32,000 nt of DNA from Archaeoglobus fulgidus DSM 4304. Lineage in GTDB: Archaea > Halobacteriota > Archaeoglobi > Archaeoglobales > Archaeoglobaceae. Below are positions 8,301 through 16,587 of this stretch, piece by piece (the first letter of the stretch is position 1; the number at the start of each line of letters is the position of its first letter). The notes under the pieces were generated by a model. The model did no database searches, was not told the origin of the DNA, and saw only the letters and a list, made by a program, of their open reading frames with translations. Location of the stretch: assembly GCF_000008665.1 (NCBI RefSeq), contig NC_000917.1, forward strand, positions 1,260,001 to 1,292,000, read 5' to 3'. Both the position numbers and the translations under genes were made by a program.

Positions 8301-11300
8301 ACCTGCCATCAATCGGCCTCTCCTCTTCGCTCCAGTCGGGATAGTAGAGCTTTCTGCCCAGAGGTGTGAGCAGATAAACGTAGCCCTCGTAACCCTCGCT
8401 TGCACCATCAACTTTCAAGTAAGCTTGCATAGTCTCGTTCGCTGAAATCGCCCTGTCGAAGGTGAAAACGGTTATCTGGGGGAAGGTGACGTTCTGGTTG
8501 GGTATGAGAGTAACGTTCCTCACAACCCAGCCTTCCTCGCCCCCACTCTCAGCGTTCTCGGAGATGAACGAAATTATGTTCTCAACATCCGCACTGACGT
8601 TTGAGATGGGCACCTCGTAAACCTGGTATGACTGGGTTGGAGTGAATGAGAAGACCATTCCTCCCTGAAGGTCGTTATACTGCATGACGCCATCCCTGTA
8701 GAACTGGTTTACGTGGACGTCAATTCTGGCGTCTCCTTTAGCTTCAAACTGCAGGATGTAATCGCAATCTCTGCCAAAGAAGGAGAAGGCAACATCCTCC
8801 ACGAACCTTGGAGTGGTTTCTGTTCCCGCGATGCTGACCTCTCCGAGAGCTAAGGGAACTATTTTGAACTCGACCTCCCCTCTGCCCTTCTTGCCGTAAT
8901 AGTCCTCTCCGTTGACGATGATTCTGTGCTCGCCAAGAGAGAGGCGTGTGAGCTTAACGCTTCCAGAGGTGGCAAAGAGTGGGATGTCTATTCTCTCAGC
9001 ACTTCCATCATCAAGGATGAAAGACGCCCTCGCCAGAGGAACGGTGGAGACGAAGTTTAAATCAAGCTCCCTTTCCACATACTCCTCGTTTTTCGGATTG
9101 ATGATTTTAATCTCAAACTCAGGCTCAACAACCTCTTCCAGCGGTGGGGGTGATTTGACACCTCCTCCACCACCACCTGCTCCACCACCCGCTCCTCCCC
9201 CAGAAGAGATGCTGATGGAGAAGTTCACGATGGTGGAGTTGAGGTTCCCAGCAGTGTCGTTGACGTAAACCCTGAGATTGTAGTTTCCGTTGCTCAATCC
9301 GCTGATGGTGGTGTTCGGGGTGAAGGTTACGTTGGCTCCTGAGTTAAGGCTATACCACCACCTGTCAACATCGGGGTCGGGGGAGTAAACCTCAAGGTAA
9401 ACGTAGTTGGCTGAATAGGTTCTGCCCTCCACTGGAGAAACAACGTAAATCGCCGGAGCCCTGAAGTCCGGGTTGGGGTTTGTTAAGGGGTGGTAATCTC
9501 CCCCGTTCTGAATGTTACCGCCGGAATTGTATGGCAGAAGAGTATCGCCTAAGCCATCTCCACCTGCAACATCCTCTCCCGCATAGTCGTGCCAGTAGTT
9601 GCCCCCAAGATAGGGCCCGCCAATTATGTTCTCATCTGCTGTTGGGGTGACGTTCCATCGGTTGTTTCCGGTGTCGTAGGCATTGACGGAGTGGTTGAAG
9701 AAGTAGTTGTTGTAAATCAGGTTGCCTGAGGATGAGGTGGAGTGGATGCCGTATTTCTGTCCTCCCCTCCATGCGCCATGTATTGGGACTTTTTTAGCTT
9801 TGATGTAGCTGGAGGTTATTGTGTTGCCCTCAGATTCGTAAAGCTTGACTCCGCTCCCTCCTGAGTAGCAGTCGTCTGCAATTGGTGAGAACTCAATGTA
9901 GGGCCCGTTGTCTGTTATGTTTGCCCCTCTTACAGTATTGTTGCTGGAGTAGCTGAACTCTATCCCGTAGCACCAGTTTGAGTTGATTTCCGACTTCTCA
10001 ACCGCCACATTCTCGGATTTTCCAAGAAATACTCCCGCTGCCTCGTTCCTGTCACCGTTCCACTCGAAGGTGGAGTTGGTGATGGTTATGTTGCTTGAGT
10101 AGTATGCGGCCAGCCCGGCGAGGTGGTTGTAGTATGCCCCAACGGATTCTATGGCTGAGTGAGAGGTGTTGTAGAGTATTATTCCGTGTGAGTTGGAGGA
10201 TAAACCAAGATTTTTCAGCGTGATATTTTTGCAGTTGGCGCATGCAAAAAATCCGACGGGAGGATTGGCAGAGTGGTCTAAAACCAGATCAGAAGCATTT
10301 TTGAGGAAGTAAATCGCCCCTCCGGTAACAACATTGGAAGTGTCTATGTCGTGGTTGAAGTCCTCAAAAACTGGGGCGATTTCGTAGTCACCAATCTCGC
10401 CTGCGTCAAAGTAAAAGTCGTAGGTGTTCTGCAGCAGACTGTTGTCCCTCATGGTTATATTGGTGGAAAATGCCGACATTGAGGAGGTGTCAATTTTCAC
10501 ACCTGCATACTTTTGATTTACAGTGTTGTTCACAAGAATGCAGTTGCTCACATGATTTAGCTTTATGCCATCGTCATCCTCAAGAATTGGCGTAAAGCCG
10601 TTTATGATGTTGTCTGCGATCACACATCCGTTGGAGCTTACAGCAATCCCGCCATATCCTTCAAGGATGTTGCCGGAGATGTTCGTGTAATCTGCATAGC
10701 TTTTTATCCATATGGCCGGCATTGTGGATTGGTAGTATTTCACGAAGCGGTTTCCGTGGATGGTGTTGTGCGATGCCTTTCTATACTGCGCCCCCTCAAC
10801 CACAATGTAGCCGTAGGAGGTTTGATTCAGGAAGGTGTTGAAGGAGATTTCGTTGTAACTGGACTGCTCAATGGTTACCATAGAGCTTTCGAAGATATTA
10901 CCGGTTATCGTGTTTCGATTCGAGCCGGAGCTTATGTAGCCCTTAACCAGCACAACACCGCCATTGACGAACCTGTTGTTTCTTATGACATTGTCTGTAG
11001 ATTCAAAATCGGTTATCTGTGTGCAGTCTCCAAGCCCTGTTATCTCGTAGGTGGTGTAGCCAACTTTAATTCCTCCATGCTTTACATATCCGTAGCACTC
11101 CCCATAAGAGGCGTTTTTGATTGTAAATCCCTGAATAATGTTCCCATTCGACTTAAGCGTGAATCCGCTTCCGCTGTTATTCGCTTCCACGACCGGATTG
11201 CCCATCCCAGTGATGTTCAGAGTCCTGTTTACGACGATGTTTTCGACATAAGTGCCATTGCAAACGACAATCGTGTCTCCGTCAATTGAAGCATTAACAG

Positions 11301-12603
11301 CATCCTGAATGCTTGCGAAGTCTGCGGAGCAGTTTTGCCCATCATCATCCACATACCATGTCTTTGGATTTCTGATAGTGGTGAAGCTCATGATAGAGCT
11401 GTTTGAATAAAGGCTTGCATTGTCAGGTCTGAAGGAGTAGACTGAGAAGTAGTAAGCTGTGCCTGCCGATAGCCCGCTTAAAGTTATCATGGGACTGTCT
11501 GTGCTGTTGTCCCAAGCTGACCATTGCGGGGATGAAAGGTCGGAGTTCGTGCTGAACAGAACACGGTTGTTTGCAGCTAAGCTAACATCCCATCTTATCG
11601 TGGCACTTGAGTTCGTTACGTCACTAACTCTCACATTCGAGATTGCTGGAGGCTGAAGAGTTTCGAAGAGCATTGGATAGTAGTCTTTTGATTGGCTTGC
11701 AGAACCTGAACCACCAATTGGTAGTGGTATACCACCTCCTCCGCGCCCTCCATCCGCTCCTCCACCTTCCTCACCACACCACTCACTGGAGATGTTGTAA
11801 GGTGTGTCTCCTATCCCATCTCCGTTGGAATCTGCTCCAACATAGTCATCCCAGTAATTGCCTGTATAATTGGTGAACACATTGCCCTGATAGGCGTATT
11901 GATGCATCTCCGTGGAGTTCCAGTGGTTCCTTCCGCAATCGCGGGCATTTACGCTGTTGTTTATGAAACGGTTGAGGTAAATCTCGCTCTCCCTTCCCGA
12001 ACCCATATTAATTCCGTAACTGGTTGCATCTCTGATGGTGTTGTTCACGATGGTGTTGAAGTATGAACTTCCGTAGATGTAAACACCAGTCTCAACAGCA
12101 GTGATGTTATTATCCCTAACAACAGTATAATTCGAATCCTCAATCTGAATCCCGCCATACAGGTTGTAAAAAACATTGTTTGAGATATTCACGTGGTCGG
12201 ACGGGTCTCCGTTGAGTGGCTCTACGTCAACACCATCATCGTTGCCGTTCCTTATCGTGAAGCCCGTGATGGTTACGAAATCTGCATGCACTTCAATAAC
12301 ATCATCATTCGTGCTCGCCTCAAGAATGCAGTTCGCAGTGCCATTTTCCGACCTGAGGGTTATGCTCTTTGTGATGTTCAGATAAACGCTGTAAACGCCA
12401 TCTCTCACAACGACCGTGTCTCCATCGCTTGCAGAATCAATTACCTCCTGAATCGTCTTGTTGTCGGGAACAACTATAACTGCTCCATGAACGGGAATGA
12501 TAAGCATTACCAATAATATCCCCAAAAACCCCAGAATCCTCAAATTAACACTCCTTTCGCTAACTACAGAAAAATCACAGGTGTTCAGAGCATTTGTGCT
12601 CAT
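5344..12603 (-). CDS. Giant secreted surface protein (~2,419 aa): three PbH1/NosD-like beta-helix modules, FN3-like and Ig-like modules, long beta-rich C-terminal half; no C-terminal anchor
   Basis: The track ORF starts at the TTG at 12630. The ATG at 12603 has a GAGGTG Shine-Dalgarno 6 nt upstream, and the ATG at 12621 is also possible. The signal peptide is ...LRILGFLGILLVMLIIPVHGA/VIVV. Cap motifs occur at KTIQEVIDSASDGDTVVVRDGVY and FASIQDAVNASIDGDTIVVCNGTY. Helix end-caps occur at GNYWDDYVGADSNGDGIGDTPY and GNYWHDYAGEDVAGGDGLGDTLLPY. An FN3-like stretch reads ISNVRVSDVTNSSATIRWD...GLSAGTAYYFSVYSF. There are Gly linkers and a Big_1-like stretch (DASGNPVTDENGVAKLKYTAGEKEG). NxS/T sequons are very dense. 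Confidence 0.9.
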   Translation of the reverse strand: MSTNALNTCDFSVVSERSVNLRILGFLGILLVMLIIPVHGAVIVVPDNKTIQEVIDSASDGDTVVVRDGVYSVYLNITKSITLRSENGTANCILEASTNDDVIEVHADFVTITGFTIRNGNDDGVDVEPLNGDPSDHVNISNNVFYNLYGGIQIEDSNYTVVRDNNITAVETGVYIYGSSYFNTIVNNTIRDATSYGINMGSGRESEIYLNRFINNSVNARDCGRNHWNSTEMHQYAYQGNVFTNYTGNYWDDYVGADSNGDGIGDTPYNISSEWCGEEGGGADGGRGGGGIPLPIGGSGSASQSKDYYPMLFETLQPPAISNVRVSDVTNSSATIRWDVSLAANNRVLFSTNSDLSSPQWSAWDNSTDSPMITLSGLSAGTAYYFSVYSFRPDNASLYSNSSIMSFTTIRNPKTWYVDDDGQNCSADFASIQDAVNASIDGDTIVVCNGTYVENIVVNRTLNITGMGNPVVEANNSGSGFTLKSNGNIIQGFTIKNASYGECYGYVKHGGIKVGYTTYEITGLGDCTQITDFESTDNVIRNNRFVNGGVVLVKGYISSGSNRNTITGNIFESSMVTIEQSSYNEISFNTFLNQTSYGYIVVEGAQYRKASHNTIHGNRFVKYYQSTMPAIWIKSYADYTNISGNILEGYGGIAVSSNGCVIADNIINGFTPILEDDDGIKLNHVSNCILVNNTVNQKYAGVKIDTSSMSAFSTNITMRDNSLLQNTYDFYFDAGEIGDYEIAPVFEDFNHDIDTSNVVTGGAIYFLKNASDLVLDHSANPPVGFFACANCKNITLKNLGLSSNSHGIILYNTSHSAIESVGAYYNHLAGLAAYYSSNITITNSTFEWNGDRNEAAGVFLGKSENVAVEKSEINSNWCYGIEFSYSSNNTVRGANITDNGPYIEFSPIADDCYSGGSGVKLYESEGNTITSSYIKAKKVPIHGAWRGGQKYGIHSTSSSGNLIYNNYFFNHSVNAYDTGNNRWNVTPTADENIIGGPYLGGNYWHDYAGEDVAGGDGLGDTLLPYNSGGNIQNGGDYHPLTNPNPDFRAPAIYVVSPVEGRTYSANYVYLEVYSPDPDVDRWWYSLNSGANVTFTPNTTISGLSNGNYNLRVYVNDTAGNLNSTIVNFSISISSGGGAGGGAGGGGGGVKSPPPLEEVVEPEFEIKIINPKNEEYVERELDLNFVSTVPLARASFILDDGSAERIDIPLFATSGSVKLTRLSLGEHRIIVNGEDYYGKKGRGEVEFKIVPLALGEVSIAGTETTPRFVEDVAFSFFGRDCDYILQFEAKGDARIDVHVNQFYRDGVMQYNDLQGGMVFSFTPTQSYQVYEVPISNVSADVENIISFISENAESGGEEGWVVRNVTLIPNQNVTFPQITVFTFDRAISANETMQAYLKVDGASEGYEGYVYLLTPLGRKLYYPDWSEEERPIDGRYLKLSYYGKLPSTLDFDGMEEGTYLLVGKIVDSYGKKVSVSTEKIYHSQKVSVKLYVNRDVFSRGQEILVEHMLTGSQKNGTLMVSLESPDGDRIYLPVLSEEPEIKNYAPIHSDYFVALNEIVADWTEGTYILRSSLYNESGELLDDDITTFHVCFKDSTVEGTYLRYTDDTSPIVLSRIRLIDFYTMDFEEMEISGNHYDYSFTIKPGKYYLTGEAYSGSGKVYRIPLTLISADCGRKVTRNLELEFLYERSSSGLEMWGLEGRNLVEKISEKYIRLEGISACSKPKVGVAVVLDDTALDMLRDDIKLLYGIEGFEEADKAKISSFLAARATEFVRSTSPEVEVYSVNDLIEVLNQAETALRNPGMPDYFYVIKIGGDMHYYHITADLQEFPQRTILPETYYYVTEVSNPLDNVGLIIQRTGDLRQIIDDFEMKRPVPPRDPRIEIKVVPDSVSPDSEESREATIYAKVTDCRGKPAVWISESLGNVLRRQEVYFQKETERGVVRADWEATKVSTEGEIVSSNQWVIGDTRTAGEGIEGGTAVAKYTLKEGIEAGEDLVKVVTFGRGMKKATAVAVIKINGVKMDVKAEREILPRHSTFVEVSLYRENEKGEREPLAGKSIVVGRNQLLDGRLTPAGVLDASGNPVTDENGVAKLKYTAGEKEGLARMSFEYRSELGVVRDSASIKVKEKEFTLFIKWSAISVTSLSGTEELSHSMQALCCPDDSECHWETDSGSYSKTLNEARGHSYFFTSQTTWKQGGEDERTTATFIQSKFYNSENSGGGSSSFCDNSVSSSSSSQGSFSGTVSAHVGDVKTEMVYETPSGDLLVCIAPVPLSFSMKGSDSHTYSSVSTVSWSSSKGSGSETYSYSDSGGCQYDGNPETNPTNLREGCHEGNFAEVQNVWVETYPSVTDKNPFWGCIILEKVGEDRWEEVRGQYNVKRSTPSSTSYTWDCGYRECQMTRSYTGSRDVTYEGNIEIRVVKK

Positions 12604-12680
12604 TTTCAGCACCTCTGTCATCCCAAGCAATAGGCAAAAAATAGCCCGTAGCTTGGTTTCGCCAATTCAACTTTAATCAA

Positions 12681-12690
12681 TATAAATTTT
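12681..12690 (-). promoter_or_regulatory. TATA-like box upstream of the giant gene
   Basis: The minus strand reads GGAAAATTTATATTG about 60-85 nt upstream of the candidate ATGs. It is the only strong AT box in the 95-bp spacer. Confidence 0.35.
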
Positions 12691-12725
12691 CCTATTTAAC
12701 AATAATGTTATAATGGCAAAAAAAG

Positions 12726-14156
12726 CTATTTCTGGTAAAACCCAAAATTCAACTCCCTGTCCTGAATGTAGCTCTTTTTAAGCAAAGCTGCAATCTCGGC
12801 CTTCATCAGCTCCCTGCCGAGGTAGGCTGCGTGGTCAAGCCTTGAGAGAAGGTTGTTTTTTATTGCGGTGTCAGCAACTTCCTTGGCTTTCTCTCCAACA
12901 ATTGTCATCCTGTCGTGCTTGCAAACGATTTTGCCATCAACCACCTGAATTATGAAGTCTCCGAGCGGGTCTCTCACGAACTCTCTTGTCTCTTCGGCCC
13001 TCACAAAGTCGTCAAGCTCCACCCTTTCCTCGTACCTCACCTTCTCCTTGAGAGCCAGAAGGCTGACACCAGCGTCCTTTGGTGGGGAGTTCCTGATTTT
13101 TGCGGCCTTGGCGAGATAGGATGCGATATTGAGCTCCCTAACACTGCCAAAAGTCTTTGGACTTGCCTCTGTCGTGAACAGCAGGTTGCATTTAAGCTCC
13201 TCCGCGATGAACGCCAGCAAGGCGTTAATTCCAATGGAATCGGCATCGCTTAGCTCCGTAACATTTCCAGCTCCAAAGAGAAGCGGAGTTTTTTCATCAC
13301 GCCTTCTGAACTCCGCATACCTTCCTATTGATTCAGCAACTTTCAGTGGTGGATCAAGGATGGGGTCTGCAATGACCCTCTCCACCTTCTCCCCGACCCT
13401 CTCAACGAGATTCAGCAGTCCATCAATGTCCCTTTCAACAACAACAACCGCCTGATTTTCAATTAAGTCCAGAGCCTTCAGGTTGTCCATCGAAATGCTC
13501 ATAACCATGTCAACTCCGTGTTTTACTGCAATCTCTATCGCCTTACTGCTGAAGGTGTCGATGCTGAGCGGAAGCTTGGAATGGTCAACGGCAATCTTCA
13601 GCGTTTTGTGCAGCCACTCCTTATCGAATTCCAGCGGCACACCAATGTCGATTATGTCCGCTCCGCTCTCCGTGTAATGGTCAATTTTCGCCCTCAAATC
13701 ATCAAAATCGCAGAAGCTCGCTATTTCAGCAACAACCTTCATTCTGCTGCTACCGCCAACCTTTACACCGCCTATTTCAAATGCGCAGTCTTCATCAAGA
13801 GCGTCAATTTCCCTGAGCGTTTCCTCAGCCCTCAAAGACTCCACGAGCCTGCACGCGGGAATTTTGTGGGAGAACTCGACCTTTCCAATTAGCTTTAAAA
13901 CGTGCTGCAAATCGTAAGCGTGAATAGGGCCGAGCCTGACCTTAACACCCTTTCTCCTCTCAAAATCCTCCCAGTTGTGGCTGTAGGTTAAACCGGGAAC
14001 GAGGACGAGGTCGTAACCGCTGAAATCCTCATTTTCAAGCATAGAGGGGGTTATGAAGGCCGCAATGTCTATGTTGTACACTTTAACGTCAGCACCCTTG
14101 CCATATTTCCTCACCATTTCCTCAGCCAGCTTCCCCGTGACGAGCAAGACCCTCAT
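12726..14156 (-). CDS. Dihydropteroate-synthase-like pterin-binding protein (MJ0107-type, three-domain), 476 aa
   Basis: The central TIM-barrel pterin-binding-like region reads MKVVAEIASF...GADIIDIGVPLE...LSIDTFSSKAIEIAVKHGVDMVMSIS...ADPILDP...FGAGNVTE. N- and C-terminal extra domains resemble those of archaeal homologues found in methanopterin-using organisms. Its ATG overlaps the ClC gene stop (ATGA at 14153-14156). Confidence 0.7.
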   Translation of the reverse strand: MRVLLVTGKLAEEMVRKYGKGADVKVYNIDIAAFITPSMLENEDFSGYDLVLVPGLTYSHNWEDFERRKGVKVRLGPIHAYDLQHVLKLIGKVEFSHKIPACRLVESLRAEETLREIDALDEDCAFEIGGVKVGGSSRMKVVAEIASFCDFDDLRAKIDHYTESGADIIDIGVPLEFDKEWLHKTLKIAVDHSKLPLSIDTFSSKAIEIAVKHGVDMVMSISMDNLKALDLIENQAVVVVERDIDGLLNLVERVGEKVERVIADPILDPPLKVAESIGRYAEFRRRDEKTPLLFGAGNVTELSDADSIGINALLAFIAEELKCNLLFTTEASPKTFGSVRELNIASYLAKAAKIRNSPPKDAGVSLLALKEKVRYEERVELDDFVRAEETREFVRDPLGDFIIQVVDGKIVCKHDRMTIVGEKAKEVADTAIKNNLLSRLDHAAYLGRELMKAEIAALLKKSYIQDRELNFGFYQK

Positions 14157-15922
14157 GAAACTATCCTCTTAACCTCTCTTGCGTGGGCTTTCATTATGTC
14201 GCTTCTTGTTATAATTCCTAAAAGCTTTTTCTCGTCGTTGCGGTCAACTACCGGGAGTCTGCCTATTCCTTTGTCCACCAGCTTTATCAAAGCCTCCTCA
14301 AGCGTTTCGTCAGGATACGTGACAATCAGTTCCCTCGTCATGATATCCCTGACAAGCTTTTTGTCCCTCTCCTCCAGCGGAACTCTCTCAACGTCCTCGA
14401 AAGTAACCATTCCAACTAACCTGCCGTCCATCACTACCGGAAAACCCATGTGACCCGTTTTCTCAATAAGTTCGAGGACTTCGCTCACTCTCTGATAGGG
14501 CGTAACGACCACGAGCTTGTCTGCTGACACCATCGCATCCTGAACTCTCACATTTTCAAGAACGTCGATTGACATCTCCATCCTGTGTGCAGGACTCTCG
14601 GCCCTCGTTGCTACTTGCTCAGCATAAATTGAGTAATCTCCAGCGAGATAGTACGCAAGAGTTGCAGCAGTCATTAAAGCTGGAAGGAGCGAGTACCCGC
14701 CACACATTTCAAGAACCATTAAAATCGCTGCGATCGGTGTTTTTGCCACCGCTGCGACAAAGGCAGACATGCCTATCAGAACGAAGGCTTCTGGCTGAAC
14801 AATAACGTTCGGAAAGAGGTAGTGGAAGGAGTAGCCTACGAATCCGCCAACCATGCTCCCTATCACTATAGAAGGAGCAAAGACTCCCCCGCTACCACCG
14901 GTTCCAACTGTAAGAGAAGTGGCAACGATTTTGCCAAAAATCAAAAGAAGCATTACCGTTACTGCAAGTTTACCGTCGATGGCCATCTGAACGTAACCGT
15001 ACCCCATACCGAGAACTCCGGGTAAAAACAGCCCTATAACTCCGGTGAAGAACCCTCCGATCGCCGGCTTGAAGTAAGGGGGAATGCTGACCCTCTTAGA
15101 GTAGTTATGGACAGTGTAAAAAACTTTAACGTAAATAATGCCAAAAAACGCTGCCAAGACCGAAACGATCGCGTAAATTGGAAACTCAAGCGGTGAGTGA
15201 ATCGTAACCTGCGGGATTTTGAAAATCGGTAGAACTCCGAAGGGTGTGTTTGCGAAGTAGCTCATTATCACGTCGAATACTATGAAAGCCACAATGGACG
15301 ACACAAACGCGGGAACGATTGCCTCAACCTCGTTATCCCTCTTGTAAAGGACCTCAATCCCGAACATTGCCCCTCCGAACGGGCTTCTGAAAATGCTCCC
15401 TATGCCCCCCGCAACACCGCAGATAACCAGAATTCTTCTATCCTTGTCGGACAATCTCAGCAACTCCCCGACAAATGAGCCAAAACCTGCCCCTATCTGA
15501 GCTATTGGCCCCTCTCTCCCGGCACTACCACCGCTTCCGATTGTGATTGCTGAGGCAATTGTTTTAACGATAGGCACTCTAGCCCTTATCTCACCTCTTG
15601 CTCTGTGAAAGGCTCTTATTACAGCATCTGTGCCGTGACCCTCTGCTTCCGGTGCGAATTTGTAAACAATCAACCCGCTCAGCAGTCCTCCAAGAGCAAC
15701 AACAACAGGCAGAGGTAGTATCCCCAGATGAAGTTCTATCTTTACTACCTCAGCTTCTCCTCCGGCGAGAGGCGGATTAAAGCTGTCCAATCCGGAAAGG
15801 AAAATTTTTGTGAATAGGTCAAGTAGGAAGTAAAAGATGAAGGCTCCTAAGCCGGAGATTACACCCACAATAGCGGCCAGAAGTATGAGGTACTTGGAGC
15901 TTAATGGCGCCCTTCTTTTCAC
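14153..15922 (-). CDS. ClC-family voltage-gated chloride channel / Cl-/H+ antiporter with two C-terminal CBS domains, 589 aa
   Basis: ClC selectivity motifs are GSGGSAGREGP, GVAGGIGSIFRSPFGG and GGSGGVFAPS. There are about 10-11 hydrophobic helices and then a tandem CBS pair (VRVQDAMV...GFPVV; VRDIMTRE...GRLPVV). The start is a GTG at 15922. Confidence 0.9.
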   Translation of the reverse strand: MKRRAPLSSKYLILLAAIVGVISGLGAFIFYFLLDLFTKIFLSGLDSFNPPLAGGEAEVVKIELHLGILPLPVVVALGGLLSGLIVYKFAPEAEGHGTDAVIRAFHRARGEIRARVPIVKTIASAITIGSGGSAGREGPIAQIGAGFGSFVGELLRLSDKDRRILVICGVAGGIGSIFRSPFGGAMFGIEVLYKRDNEVEAIVPAFVSSIVAFIVFDVIMSYFANTPFGVLPIFKIPQVTIHSPLEFPIYAIVSVLAAFFGIIYVKVFYTVHNYSKRVSIPPYFKPAIGGFFTGVIGLFLPGVLGMGYGYVQMAIDGKLAVTVMLLLIFGKIVATSLTVGTGGSGGVFAPSIVIGSMVGGFVGYSFHYLFPNVIVQPEAFVLIGMSAFVAAVAKTPIAAILMVLEMCGGYSLLPALMTAATLAYYLAGDYSIYAEQVATRAESPAHRMEMSIDVLENVRVQDAMVSADKLVVVTPYQRVSEVLELIEKTGHMGFPVVMDGRLVGMVTFEDVERVPLEERDKKLVRDIMTRELIVTYPDETLEEALIKLVDKGIGRLPVVDRNDEKKLLGIITRSDIMKAHAREVKRIVS

Positions 15923-15948
15923 GCTTCGTTTTTGCTGGGGGAGTGATG

Positions 15949-15958
15949 ATATATTTTT
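15949..15958 (-). promoter_or_regulatory. TATA box for the ClC gene (near-leaderless transcript predicted)
   Basis: The minus strand reads AAAAATATAT, centred about 31 nt upstream of the GTG start. Confidence 0.4.
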
Positions 15959-16109
15959 CTTTCAGATTCTGTCACCAACTTACAAAATTGCCATTTCGAA
16001 TTTTTGTGCTGCCAGCAGTAGGAGGATAAAGCTTTGTATTTATCAATACGGTGTCAATTGAAGCTTTGGAGCAAAGAAGTAAACTTTGAAAGTTGGGCTG
16101 AGTTTTATG

Positions 16110-16125
16110 AAATAAAAAACAAAAA
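16110..16125 (-). terminator. Oligo-T terminator after ribC
   Basis: The minus strand reads TTTTTGTTTTTTATTT immediately after the stop at 16126. Confidence 0.5.
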
Positions 16126-16587
16126 TCACTTCAAAATCGGCCCCACGTCAGGATACCCCTGCCTCTGCCCCGTTCCCGCAAGCTTCTGCAACCTCTTCGG
16201 ATTGACAAGCAAGTCAACCGCATTCCTGACATGCTCCCTGACTCTGTTCTCAGCGACCATCATCAGCGTTTTCTCGTCCTCCGCCTCATCCTCGTGGATT
16301 GTGACGTCAATGACGTGCTTGTTGGTCATGAGCTGAACTATAACCAGTCCCATGCTCAGAACGATGTAGCTCAGCATGTCCTTCTGCGTCCCTCCAACCC
16401 AGCCGAGAGTGATGACTATATCGCACCCCTTCTCCTCAAGAAGCTTTTTCGCTGCAATGGGCAAGTCCTTTATGCCCGGCACTGTGTAGCGCTCGTAGGG
16501 GATGCTGCTTATCTTCCTCAGCTCGTCTATCGCTATCTTCCCCATGTTTATCCTTGAGAAGGTCGTGTCTGCAATGCCAATCTTCAT
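16126..16587 (-). CDS. ribC: Archaeal-type riboflavin synthase, 153 aa
   Basis: MKIGIADTTFSRINMGKIAIDELRK...YTVPGIKDLPIAAKKLLEE..CDIVITLGWVG matches the archaeal riboflavin synthase (MJ1184) / lumazine-synthase-fold family. Its ATG overlaps the upstream stop (ATGA). Confidence 0.85.
   Translation of the reverse strand: MKIGIADTTFSRINMGKIAIDELRKISSIPYERYTVPGIKDLPIAAKKLLEEKGCDIVITLGWVGGTQKDMLSYIVLSMGLVIVQLMTNKHVIDVTIHEDEAEDEKTLMMVAENRVREHVRNAVDLLVNPKRLQKLAGTGQRQGYPDVGPILK

Noticed and set aside
9142-9204. CRISPR array or tandem-repeat locus
   Set aside because: The only repetitive DNA in the window is in-frame Gly-codon low complexity inside the giant gene. There are no regularly spaced direct repeats anywhere.
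2640-12725. Integrated element using tRNA-Gly as an att site, which would make the surface-protein cluster a genomic island
   Set aside because: I looked for a second copy of the tRNA 3' half (GGGTTCAAATCCCGGTCGGCGC) at the far side of the cluster and elsewhere in the window and found none. There is also no integrase other than the IS transposase. It cannot be excluded without a computed repeat search.
15943-16010. Possible C/D-box sRNA (GTGATGA C-box-like heptamer at 15943-15949)
   Set aside because: No CTGA D box or C'/D' pair lies at the required 12-nt guide spacing on the same strand. The heptamer sits directly beside the TATA box of the ClC promoter.
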